Assembly (NCBI RefSeq): GCF_006345805.1
Contig: NC_043003.1
Coordinates: forward strand, 56,916,001-56,980,000
Length of the DNA stretch: 64,000 nucleotides
Reading direction: 5' to 3'
Source of the DNA: Octopus sinensis
Lineage: Eukaryota
Shown: piece by piece, positions 11,524-22,618 of the stretch
Position numbering within the stretch: the stretch's first letter is position 1
How the letters are laid out: each line of letters opens with the position of its first letter
Notes under the pieces: generated by a model
What the model was told of the DNA's origin: nothing
The model's database searches: none
What the model saw: the letters and a program-made list of their open reading frames with translations, nothing else
Program-made: the position numbers and the translations under genes

Positions 11524-12209
11524 CAAGGTGGTGCAAAAGTAGGCATACAATTATGAAAAAAAGAAAACAGATCTTTTCGGTTTGAACGGCAGTTTTTAAC
11601 ATAATTTCTAGGTAACTAGAAAATTTTAAACTTTGTAAACTGGTAGAATGTGTTTATAAGACATCTTTTTCTCTTGGCTTTATTGAGAAAATACTATAGT
11701 TTTTAAGATATTTGTTGCTATTTTTTTTCTTCAATTTCTGCAATTTCAACCAATCAAATACGTCTATTGAGTTAAAAAGCATTCTGTGCCGTATGAATGT
11801 CCCCCGTTTAAGAAACAGATTGGGTTTATTTACATTTGTGAAGAAAAAAAGATATCTTTCCCCCACCCATAACCCTAACCCTAACAAACTCTAACCCTAA
11901 AAGAGATTGAAATGCAATAGATCGATTATAGGGTCATAATTATGGGTGACAATTTCATATGACACCGCTAGAAAAACTGCCGTTCAAACCGAAAAGATCC
12001 AAGAAAACAAGTACATGACTGATTTATTTTTATGAAAAATATTAATGGCTATGATAAAATTATTATTATGGTTATGATAGATGTAGTATTATGATTCATG
12101 ACACTGAAAATACCAAAAATGAAGCTAATTGAATGTGCTAATAATTTTCAAGAATTAAGTATTATGACATCGATATGATACTTACTGTGCACCTATTTTG
12201 CACCTCCTA
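11524..12209. mobile_element. Tc1/mariner-type MITE (~255 bp once the nested insert is removed)
   Basis: Imperfect TIRs TA|CAAGGTGGTGCAAAAGTAGGCATACAAT and ACTGTGCACCTATTTTGCACCTCCTA|TA, with TA flanks. Confidence 0.55.
11570..12000. mobile_element. 431-bp MITE with perfect 28-bp TIRs and a 9-bp TSD, nested in the above
   Basis: TIR GATCTTTTCGGTTTGAACGGCAGTTTTT (11570-11597) and its reverse complement (11972-11999). AAGAAAACA is duplicated at 11561-11569 and 12001-12009. Confidence 0.9.
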
Positions 12210-12284
12210 TATACACACATACATACATAGTACATTTATTTGTATATACGTGTGTGTTGTGTGTGTGTGCATGTCTCTTTTACT

Positions 12285-12368
12285 CTCTTTTACTTGTTTC
12301 AGTCATTTGAATGCGGCCATGCTGGAGCACCGCCTTTAGTCGAGGAAATTGACCCCAGGACTTATTCT
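12285..12368 (-). mobile_element. 3' tail fragment of a family-B SINE
   Basis: TCTTTTACTTGTTTCAGTCATTTGAATGCGGCCATGCTGGAGCACCGCCTTTAGTCG..CCCCAGGACTTATTCTT. Confidence 0.8.
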
Positions 12369-12678
12369 TGAGAAGTTAAATGAAAGTCCAAGAAACACGT
12401 ACAAATAACAGGAAGATACCATTTCAGACATGCATTTCTATAGACACTATTCTCTAAAGGTGAGTGAGGTCGTCGTCCCAGATACAAAAAAGAAAAAAAA
12501 AGGTCAGGTAATAAATCATTATACTTACTAAGTGCTCATGTGTGGTAGAAGATGCAACAGAATAGCATGAATATTTATGGGCACCTATTTAAATAATGAA
12601 ATATCCCTTTATCTATGTGTGTGTGTGTGTAGACACACATATATATCATTCCTGGAAGTTTGGATTAATATTCCCTCA

Positions 12679-12720
<42 letters not shown>

Positions 12721-12774
12721 TATTATTATTATCATATATATATATATATTATATATATATATATATTATATATA

Positions 12775-12813
<39 letters not shown>

Positions 12814-12858
12814 TATACATACGCACACATATATACATGCATATAGTCTCTTTTAAAT

Positions 12859-13067
12859 TCTTTTGTTTCAGTCATTCGACTGTGGCCATGCCTTTAGTCG
12901 AACAAATTGATCCAAGGATTTATTCTTTGTAAACCAAGTACTAATCCAGTCGGTCTCGTTTACGGAACCGGTAAGGTACAGGAACGGAAGCACACCTACA
13001 TCGGTTGTCAAGCGATGGTGGGGGGACAAACATAGACACACAAAACACACACACACATACACACACT

Positions 13068-13116
<49 letters not shown>

Positions 13117-13278
13117 GGTGGGCTTCTTTCAGTTTCTGTCTACCAAATCCACTCACATGGCTTTGGTCAGCCATAGCTATAGTAGAAGATACTTGCCCAA
13201 GATGCCACGCAGTGGGAAAGAGGCCAGAATCATGTGGTTGGTAAGCAAGCTACTTACCACACAGCCACTCCTACGTCT
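12859..13278 (-). mobile_element. Full-length family-B tRNA-derived CORE-type SINE with an internal (CA)n(TA)n
   Basis: Minus-strand head GTAGGAGTGGCTGTGTGGTAAGTAGCTTGCTTACCAACCACATG, CORE-like GGCATCTTGGGCAAGTATCTT, and the tail shared with other copies. Confidence 0.85.
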
Positions 13279-13329
13279 ATATGTATTTATTTTGTAAAGG
13301 TAATCAAAAGAGGAAGTGCAGTACATATG

Positions 13330-13630
13330 AACTTTGTTAAAATTTCTTTACTTTATCCGCAAGATAGGGAAGCGTCTCAAAATACACACGTAACCAGAAT
13401 TGAAGTACGTAACCGTCCATTTTAACTGCCGAAAGTTACTGAAAATCAATAATGCCTTCAGATACTGCCAAGAAATAAGATACTTTTTTAATGGTTTTTT
13501 GGGACTTGTTGTAAATCCAGATGGGGTGTGATCACTGATGAACGTATCTTGACAGAACATTGACGACACAAATGAATGTACAATAGGGTTCATCACAACA
13601 AAATATCGAATTATTTTCAGGCCGAGGACC
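13330..13630 (-). pseudogene. Highly decayed Tc1/mariner-like transposase relic
   Basis: Frameshifted motifs IFCCDE (first catalytic D, IFSDE-like) and LAVSEGII (WAAISxKGIIG-like); by-eye similarity only. Confidence 0.35.
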
Positions 13631-14122
13631 AATTTCGCTTGCTTGCTTCAGAGTGGTACATTCCGCTAAAAGTCACGCAACCGTCGAGAATGAATTATAG
13701 ATATTATCACCGTTATTGGCTTTGTGCCATTCGAATAAACTACATTCTGTCTTTCATCTTCCTGGTATCGATGAAATTCATACCGCTCAAGTACTTAACG
13801 TGATTATACATCAGACCTAATCATTTTTCCGTTTGTCCATATAGGAAAGCATTAACATTTACAGTAATAAAGATGGTGACGTTTGGAATGTCAGTAGACC
13901 TGTATACTACGTTCAAATCTCGTCTGAATAACTTTATTTTGCACCAATCTGCGCTACATAAGAATAGTACTAATTATTACTGCTGTTTTGTCTCACCCTA
14001 GAATACTTTGATTGAACAGGCTATAATCGAAAGTATTCCTTCCATCTCTGACTATTCCGACTAGTAAGGATTCAGCTGCCCTTTCTAACATGCTTAGCGA
14101 CATGGAGAAACGACAGTGGAGT

Positions 14123-14310
14123 GGAGGCGCAATGGCTCAGTGGTTAGGGCAGCGGACTCACGGTTGTAAGAACGCAGTTTCGATTCCCAGACTGGGCATT
14201 ATGAATGTTTATTGAGCTAAAACACCTAAGCTCCACAAGGCTCTGGTGGTGGGGGGACCCCCGCTGTTCTCTTTTACCACAACTTTCTCTCACCCTTTCT
14301 TCCTACTTCT
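14123..14310 (+). mobile_element. Family-C SINE (tRNA-Arg-like head), 3'-incomplete
   Basis: GGAGGCGCAATGGCTCAGTGGTTAGGGCAGCGGACTCACGG..TTTCGATTCCCAGAC; colinear with 30437-30630. Confidence 0.8.
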
Positions 14311-15568
14311 GACACAAAGCAGAGGAACCATGGTGTAACCCACTATGGTGTGGTAAAACTTTCAGACCCTAGTCTGGATTGCGAATCCTCTGTACCCCAG
14401 GATGGTTCACCTCTCCACCCGTTAAAAGCCACCGTTTACGGAATGAGGATAACAACGTAGCTTTCGCGCCCGTGCAACCGACAGTCTATCGTGTGTGGTG
14501 GGTGGATCTTCAAGTTGCCACACGCATTCTTAGTAGCTTTGAATAGGTACGAATTAGAGATTATTCTTTGTGGCTAATGGTGTGAGTCCTGATTGGAAGA
14601 AGACGACAGTGGATGCGGTTTTGTATTATCTCGCATTATCAGTTAAATACTGAAAGCGGAGAATTGAGAGGATCTTTAGCATGCTGGGTAAGATGAATAG
14701 CAACATTTCCTCCCTCAAATTCCGGCCAGGTTGACTTTGCCTTTGACCCTTTCAGATTCGATAAAATAAGTACAAGCCCAGTATTGGGATCAATGTAATT
14801 GACTTAACTCCTTCCTTAAAATTATTGGACTTTTGCCAAAATCTGAGAACAATACTAAGGTCGATGAAATGGAATATACAGACCAAGTGAAGCGTTAGAT
14901 TTGATGTGATTCTGCTTTTTGTTTCTTAAATTTATGATTCAGAGTCAATATTAGAAATTAATAATACTGTTTTTTAAAAATCCAAACATTAGCAAACTCC
15001 TATAATTTAAATAGGGTCCACTATTTGACTGGTACTTTATTTTGTCAAAGAAACAAATATGAACTCGATAAATTGAACTGAGAAAGCAAGCAGTTATAAC
15101 AAAATTCTTTACTGTAATGGCTTTGAAATCCACAAATCTGAAATGGGCCGAATTGTTATTGCCTTGCACATACTGATTTGTTTTATTTAGTTACGGTTGA
15201 TTACGTTCTCAATGGCCCTGGAAAATATATGCTTTTCATTCTTCCAAGATCAGAAAATAAAGTACCAGACGAGTACGAGCCTTGTAACCGACTTGTCCTC
15301 TCTGCTTGTACCAAAATTAGAAAGAAAGTGTATTGCTAAAATGATGGCAAAATCGTTTGAACATTGGAAAAATTCTTTACATTCTATTTTTGGGGTGGAG
15401 TGAGGCTCTATACGCTCTGATTTCAAATGCTACAGCGATCATCCTGGCCATTCTGTTTGTGCTCGATTAAAATAAATACCCCTCAAGTACTGAGCTGCAT
15501 ATGATCGACTGAAACATTTCTCCCACAAGTGCTGAGTCCTGCCAAAATTTGGTAATGCTATTATTATG

Positions 15569-15733
15569 GGCTGGCAGAATCGGGAAAATTACGTCATTTC
15601 GTCCGTCTTTACGTTCTGAGTTCAAATTCCACCGAGGTCGATTTTCCTTTCATCATTTAGGAATCGATAAAATTAATACTAGTTGAATACACCCTGTCCC
15701 AACATTCCAGGCCTTGTGCCTATAGTACTAAGG

Positions 15734-15784
<51 letters not shown>

Positions 15785-15785
15785 T
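15569..15785 (+). mobile_element. Family-A SINE with (ATT)n tail
   Basis: GGGCTGGCAGAATCG..GTTCTGAGTTCAAATTCCACCGAGGTCGATTTTCCTTTCATC..TCGATAAAAT, then (ATT)n. Confidence 0.8.
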
Positions 15786-16023
15786 TCTCACTTTTATTCT
15801 ACTTTCTTCAAATGTTCTTCCATTTCTCGCAGAGTGTTTTCCGTACACCTACGACAGAGAAGCTCATTGTATGCATTTCCAGATTACACATGCAAATTCA
15901 CAGGTAAAATATGTATTTAAAAAATTAATAAATAAATAAATTCATGAGGGGATGTTGTTTTCACAGCGATAATGATCTTCTCAGTACATGAGTCGTTCCA
16001 TTTAACACGATTTATTATTATTA

Positions 16024-16090
<67 letters not shown>

Positions 16091-16736
16091 CATTACTATT
16101 GTTATGACAATGTAGATGAATAAGTAGGAAATTTAGATTTCGGGAATCAACATTTTTCTGCATTTTTGCGGCCCTTTACATTCTTCTTTCAAATACAATG
16201 AAACGGAATTTCTCTTTCATTATTTCGGTGTCGATAACGTTAGGTACCACTCCAGTACAACGGTCGATGGTAACCTCTAACTCTCTCCGCTCAAATTCTT
16301 AGTCTCCCCGCAAAATCAGAAAATATTAGATATGTCCTTGACAGTGTTAGTAGCCGCAGCAGCAGCAAACGTAGTAGTAGTAGCAGCAGCAGCAAGGAAT
16401 TTATTTGTAGTGCGCTCAGTACTTTCATTTAACCTTGATTTATCCTGCATCATTATTAAATAATAAAACATTTTATAGGCGGCATTGAAAACTGAGCATA
16501 AAAGTACTGGAATCAATAGATTAACGATCTTACTCTTTATTATATTACAAAATGAAAATATAGAAGTTTGAATGGGAATTATTTCAAAACTATATATATA
16601 TAGGAAAACTATTTTATTGCTTGCAGTTTTATAATTAATGTGAATGAGTTATTCCTGAAGTTATAAAATATGTATCAATATCCATGTTAGCAATAGTTTA
16701 TATCGTATATGTCGTTCTTTCTCTTTCACCTTTTGC

Positions 16737-16797
<61 letters not shown>

Positions 16798-17252
16798 CAT
16801 GCATACATACATACAGACACGGAGATTAATGGACATACACATATATGTATATGTATGTATAAATAAATGTGTGTGCGTGTGTGTATATATGTTTGTAGGT
16901 ATTTAGGTATGCATATATATACATACATAGAGACCTGTGCATAGACACATACACACGCACGCACACAAGCATACATATATATGTATGTATATACATAGAC
17001 TTGGATTTATATATCCTTGTGTTCGTGCGCCGGTACGGATGAGTTTGCATATGTGTGCGCGCGGGTGAGTATGCGTGCGTACGTGAATGCATGTTCGAAT
17101 GTGTGGTCAACGAAAGCAGAAAGAGGCAGATAAACTCGTAAAGCAATAAAGATTGAAAGTTAAGCAGGATGGTGCGTTGAATGACGTGTAAATTCATCAT
17201 GTCAGAGATACCCCGATAAACATGTACATATATATCTATTTATTTATGTCTC

Positions 17253-17290
<38 letters not shown>

Positions 17291-17292
<2 letters not shown>

Positions 17293-17432
17293 TGGTAAGG
17301 AGCTTGCTATCCAACCACATGACCCTGGGTTCAGTCCTATTGCGTGGCTTCTAGGACAGTATCTCCTCCTATAGCCTTAGGCACACTAAAGCTTTGTTTG
17401 TATTTGGTAGATTAAAACTGAAAGATGTCCCG

Positions 17433-17476
<44 letters not shown>

Positions 17477-17877
17477 CGGGAATCTTTATGAAAATAAACA
17501 AACGACGAAGGCAGGTGGAATACAAACAAACAATTGTATTAGTATGGCGCTCAGGAATATAAATAAGACAGGTCTTTTACGTTTCGAGCCTACGCTCTTC
17601 AACAGAAAGATACACAGAAAAGAAACACGGAGAGAAACAAGGAGAGAAAAAAATGCGTGCAGAAACTAGCGAATCAACATATATATATACATGTGTGTAA
17701 GTATCTTTCTATGTATGTATGTATGTATATATTTATGTATGTATGTATGTATGTATGTATGTATGTATGTATGTATGTATGTATGTATGTACGTATAGAT
17801 GTGTATATGTCTTTGCATCTGTGCCTGTTGTCCACCACTGCTTGACCACCGGTGTTGGTGTGTTCTTGTCCTCGTAA
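17291..17877 (+). mobile_element. Family-B SINE interrupted in its internal microsatellite by the hammerhead-like element
   Basis: 5' part 17291-17430 (TGTGGTAAGGAGCTTGC..GGGTTCAGTCC); 3' part 17810-17877 (CCACTGCTTGACCACCGGTGTTGGTGTGTT..CGTAAC). Confidence 0.7.
17475..17680 (-). mobile_element. ~200-bp repeat carrying a minimal type-I hammerhead-like motif (Penelope pLTR-like)
   Basis: Minus strand 17610->17573: TCTTT CTGTTGAA GAGC-GTAG-GCTC GAAA CGT A AAAGA. The 3' end runs into (TA)n; homologues at 5583 and 48468. Confidence 0.7.
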
Positions 17878-18415
17878 CAAATATTTATAACGAATATTTA
17901 TAAGATATTAACATTGCTATTATTATCGAAGCAATATAAATAGTTGATAATAACAGCAATATTAATATAGGTGGTTGCAGGCCTAAGAAATAGCATTATA
18001 TAGCGAAAGTATTAAAATTACATTTATTATAAGGACATATTAAAGTGTCTGCCTGCTCGAAATAAGAGTCAAAACTCTTGTTTGGACCACTAAATATATG
18101 TATATACACATGATGGTGAAATACCTAAGAGGACTGTCCATAAGTGTTTCACCAGGTTTTGGAGGGGTTATTTTGCTCTGCAAGACAGTGAACGTTCGAG
18201 CAGCCCTACAGTTAATAATGTTATGAGAAAATCATGTAGGCTATAGTTCTTTGTATACCACCTGCTCCATTTCAATGAGACTCATAGGCCACATGATTTT
18301 AAAAAGAGTATTCTACTGGTTAATCGTTATCTTCATTAAAGCGATCCCTAAAGGGTTCGGCGTCTTCCAGCTGTATATGTAGAAGTGTTTAAACAACAAT
18401 GGAACAAAGTTTTAA

Positions 18416-18875
18416 CTGTTGTGTCTGGAGAGAGTCATTTTCTTTCTGTGCCTTTATTTTAACACGCTCACCGGTAAGATTTCCATTTATTTCTTATTTT
18501 TATTTTCCTAAAATTTTCGTTATATCTTACAACTTTTTCAATAGTCTTGAAAAGGTTGCAAGAAACAACAAAAATGTTAGGAAAATAAAAATAAGAAATA
18601 AGTAGAAATTGTACCGGTAAGTGTATTAATTATAAGGCACCAAAAGAAAATGACTCTCCCCAGACACAACAGAATATGCTTCAACACACGGACTCACGTA
18701 AAGAATCTTGCAAACCAAATCCAAAACGAAATTTTTTAACTGATATACCAGATGAAACCACATCACGACAAGAAACGCAAAGAAGGCTAGCTCTGTCCAA
18801 CTGACTACATTAGCAAGGCCGATTCGAAAGACAGAACGGTAGAGTGAGTCTACAATAAACACGCATTGGTGCTAA
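18416..18875. mobile_element. Foldback element: ~125-bp inverted arms (18416-18672) plus a ~200-bp body
   Basis: Left arm CTGTTGTGTCTGGAGAGAGTCATTTTCTTT.. is the reverse complement of the right arm ..AAAGAAAATGACTCTCCCAGACACAACAG, with the turn at ~18544. Homologous to 60704-60968. Confidence 0.8.
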
Positions 18876-20711
18876 TGAAGGTTCCCCAATGGCAAAAGCT
18901 ACTGGTTTCAACTGATAAGAAAATAGTTGAAGAATAGAGTAGATGTAAATTTTTAAAAGTATTCCTATCTATAAATATGAAGTTAATTATCCAAACATCT
19001 TAATCTTATCAGCTATTGTTTTAGTATTGACGCTTGACAGGGGCCTGTGGTAATGTAATAGATTTTGTGATAGAATGTTTATCAGGGCCTACAGTTAAGT
19101 TCAGGCTATCATATGAACCATTTTTAATTTAGAGAAATTGTAACCTCAATTAGAAGTAACGCCATTTGCGTCAATGAAAATTATCCTTCGAATTGCCAAG
19201 AGAGAAAAATCCAGATATTTCAATCAGCGGAAAGTTAAATGGAGATTTGTAGGGTAAATTTTGTATGAAGAACATTCACTGATTAAGTAAATTAAAATAA
19301 TGAGACAGGAAAATTTCCCAAGACAGCTTTCTTTACGAAGAACATAAAGTTACCTGCAGATTAGTGGTTCTGAGAATTTGGTTACCATTAAGTGGATTAT
19401 GTTTCACTGATGAGATTTTCAGAGACCGAAAAATGTCGCGAGTTGCCATTAAGTCTACTACACTCCTCACTATTGCTTTCCTCACTATTTATCTCTATTT
19501 AATTTTTGCTTGATTAAAATATGTCTGGAGTTACTTCACTTGCTCTTCTGAGAATAATTTTCCTGAACGCGTATTGCTGAATGTTCAAAATGTCGTTTTC
19601 GCCCCCACCATCGCCGCAGCAGTAGCAGTACCAACAGTAGTAGTAGTAGTTGATGTTTTTGTTTTTGTCGTTGTTGTTGTTGCAGCAGCAACAGCATTTC
19701 GTCCATCTTTTAACTCTGAGATCAAATTCGGTTGAGGTTTTCCATGATTTTGGGGTTGATGACATAAGTACCAGTTTAGTACTAGGGGCTGACGTAATCG
19801 ACCAGACGTTGTACTTATTGTAGTAGGGGTTATTATTTGTTGTAGTAATTATCGTTGCTGTTGTTGCTTTTGCTGCTGTCGTTTAACCCCATCTACGCTC
19901 TAATCGAATAGACCTCTTACGAAAGGTGACATTAGCTTGAATCCAATGGCAATCCAATCTGAATTATTCAACGTTCTTTTGTCTTAGCAGTATTATTTAG
20001 CAAGCTAAACAACCAACTGCACAGTTGGTCAGAACTGAATCCATTATTATGAGACACATTTGATTATTCCGTAGCGTTTACCAATTCTGTCACCACAAAA
20101 ATGTTCTTACGGAGAACATTGGTAACGATTTTCTGGTGGAAGATTTTCATATTTTGGTGAGTGTGGCATGATGCTTTTTAAATATTTCATATAAGGGTCG
20201 AACCAATTACAAAGCCTTTACTTTCTTGGTCGATTGTACTGTAAAAATGAGTTAAAAGCATGCCTAGATTTCTCTTCCACTATATTATAAAGTGAGGTTT
20301 ACAGAATAACATTACTCAACCGCCAATACCAACACCATCAACAATAATTACAAAGTGAAGTAATAAATTTGAAAAAAAAATATAGCATTCGCTATAGTAA
20401 CCAGGATTAGATCCTGTGCTATACAGAGTTACTAAATATGAGCAATTCCTCTTTCGCGTTTATACACCTCAATTACACCAACCAAGTTTACGTTGAGATC
20501 ATGCTGCCGTCTGTACGAGAGTTCTTGAAATGGGTTCTTTTACTTAGTCGTTCGACCAAGCTAGATCTTTGTTTTATCAAGTTGTGTGCATTAAAATATT
20601 TCAGAGGTATGTTGGGTTACTAGAAATTGGGGTATGATTAAATGTAAATTAAATTTACTTCGTCATAGTGGGACACACATTTTTGTTCTATTCTGGAAAA
20701 CCGATGTGTTA

Positions 20712-21107
20712 TCTTTATATATAAAAGTAAGGTTGTGTATCTGTCTCCTACGATTTAGATTCCTAACTACTACCACATTTTGCGGTGCAGTTTAACCAAA
20801 ACCGGGTATCTTATAGTCGTGAGTCACATCGAGCCCTTCTGTGTATTAGCGCACGTCTACGATAAGTCTACGATTTAAAAAAATTATTACCATCATTTTT
20901 TCCATTTTAATGCATTTTTTCGCTATTATATAAGGGAAGTAACTCTCTAAAAATATGTATACGATGAGTTAACGATTTAAAAAAAAATTTACCATAATTT
21001 TTTTCCATTTTTAATGCATTTTTTTGCTATTTTTTGGCAAACTCTCTAACAATGCTTATATAGTTATTTCCCTTACAAACCCGAGCAACGCCGGGTGATA
21101 CTGCTAG
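20712..21107 (+). mobile_element. Non-autonomous Helitron (396 bp)
   Basis: A|TCTTTATATATAAAAG 5' end; 3' hairpin ACCCG-AGCAACGC-CGGGT then GATACTG-CTAG|T; A/T insertion site, no TSD; absent from the paralogous segment at ~28625. Carries an internal ~100-bp duplication (20870-20950 / 20971-21050). Confidence 0.9.
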
Positions 21108-21384
21108 TATAAAATAAAAAATGGTTGAGAAATATAAAACTAAATATCATGGCCAACTTCCGACAAAGGAGATGTGTCTGAAATAAGGAAAGGACTCGTT
21201 AGGTAACACAATTTTAAATATAGCCGCCAAAAATAGTTATTGTGTTGTGTTCATCAATGGAGAACGTATGACTAGGTAAGAATATTTTCTTTTGTTACAC
21301 ACTTCTACAGAGTGTTTCCCAAAATGCAAAAGTAGATAAATTTGAAAAAAAAACAGAGAAAGAAAAGACGTAGCCAATTTTAGC

Positions 21385-21456
21385 TGCCGTGACCAGGATT
21401 CGAACCTGGGTTACCACGGCCACAACGTGGGGTCCTAACCACTAGACGATCACGGC
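21385..21456 (-). tRNA. trnH-GUG: tRNA-His (anticodon GUG), intact, intronless
   Basis: GCCGTGATCGTCTAGTGGTTAGGACCCCACGTTGTGGCCGTGGTAACCCAGGTTCGAATCCTGGTCACGGCA: all four stems pair, A and B boxes are intact, and T-runs follow downstream. Confidence 0.97.
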
Positions 21457-22093
21457 TAACAGCTAATACACAAGCGACGCGAACAATATATTAATGATAT
21501 ATTTACGCCGCTGGCTATCATATTTCTTACTGCAGCCATCAACAACATTAGCATGATTACGTGGGCGTTTTTCGATCATTCTTTTGCGCTTGTAATAGTT
21601 TGCTGTAACTTGTAGCGTTCTTCGGTCAAAAGGTAATCTACATGACGACAACAGCTTGCACAAACGGTAAATTGCTGGATTAAATCCGTTGCCATATCTA
21701 ATTAAACCTGAGTTTAAATTCCATCCAATCCATTTTCACCTTGCTATGCTTTTCGTCAATGTCATGCTCTACCTTCGTGTCAGCTCTGATGGAACAGACT
21801 AAATATGATTAAACATGGTCTAGTCATAACTAAGCATGTCATTTATTTAGACATCATCCATTTGATACATTGTCGAAAGCATTTCTTCTTTTTAAGACAG
21901 TGATGGATTCTATTTTGGAAATCTAGGTATGAGCGTTCAGATTTTGCTGAACCATCTGCACAAATAATTTGCTTATTATGATCGAATGTTCGTGCCTCAC
22001 ATTATCTCACTCCTTCCATCAAATCGACGTTGTCTGTACAGGTGCACAAGTGTATCACGCATCAGGTGTTGATTTGACCCATACCAATGTGTT

Positions 22094-22191
22094 TTACTCA
22101 AGAGCACAACGCACCAACTGGTCGAAAGAGCTGAAACCACGATCGCTAGATCGCGAGTGCAACACCCTAACCACTAAGCCATGTGCCCTCA
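22094..22191 (-). mobile_element. Family-D SINE head
   Basis: Minus strand GAGGGCACATGGCTTAGTGGTTAGGGTGTTGCACTCGCGATC..GTGCGTTGTGCTCTTGAGTAA. Confidence 0.7.
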
Positions 22192-22474
22192 GTACAATTT
22201 TGAGGAAATTTAGCTGTTATTTCTCGGACGGTTCAACGAATTATTTATTTGACATCTATTCTCTGCGTTTGTAAGATTTTTAATATGACAGCCAGGATAA
22301 ATAAAGGCAACATTTCTGATCCTTTGCAAAATGTCTTCAGAATCGAAATAGATAAAGGAAAGAAGTTATGCGTAGGTCGGAAACCTGGCAAAATAACGGG
22401 CAGTAACAAAGATACCCACGAACCAGGTGGTTGGGTAACATCGGACAATGGTGCAAATATACCATCTCTTAAAA

Positions 22475-22618
22475 TGAAGGCGCTTGCCTTAGTGGTTAGG
22501 GTGTAGGACTCATGATCGTTTGATTGCAGTTTAGATTCCTGGACCGGGCTGTGTGTTGTGTTATTGAGCAAAGCACTTCATTTCACGTTGCTCCAGTCCA
22601 CTCAGCTAGCGAAAATGA
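22475..22618 (+). mobile_element. Family-D SINE head + CORE-like segment
   Basis: TGAAGGCGCTTGCCTTAGTGGTTAGGGTGTAGGACTCATGATC..TTGAGCAAAGCACTTCATTTCACGTTGCTCCAGTCCACTCAGCT; matches 44235-44533. Confidence 0.8.

Noticed and set aside
11871-11900. TAACCC telomere-like units
   Set aside because: Only about three units, internal to a MITE; not an interstitial telomere.
14320-14392. Structured segment (CAGAGGA/TCCTCTG enclosing two hairpins and GCGAA) as an HDV-like ribozyme
   Set aside because: The helices are nested and the P1/P2 order is wrong for the HDV double pseudoknot.
19406-19430. CTGATGA...CGAAA hammerhead core
   Set aside because: No stem II beyond one pair and no stems I or III. Partial GAAACG(C)GT motifs at ~46975, 59520 and 63080 were also too decayed.
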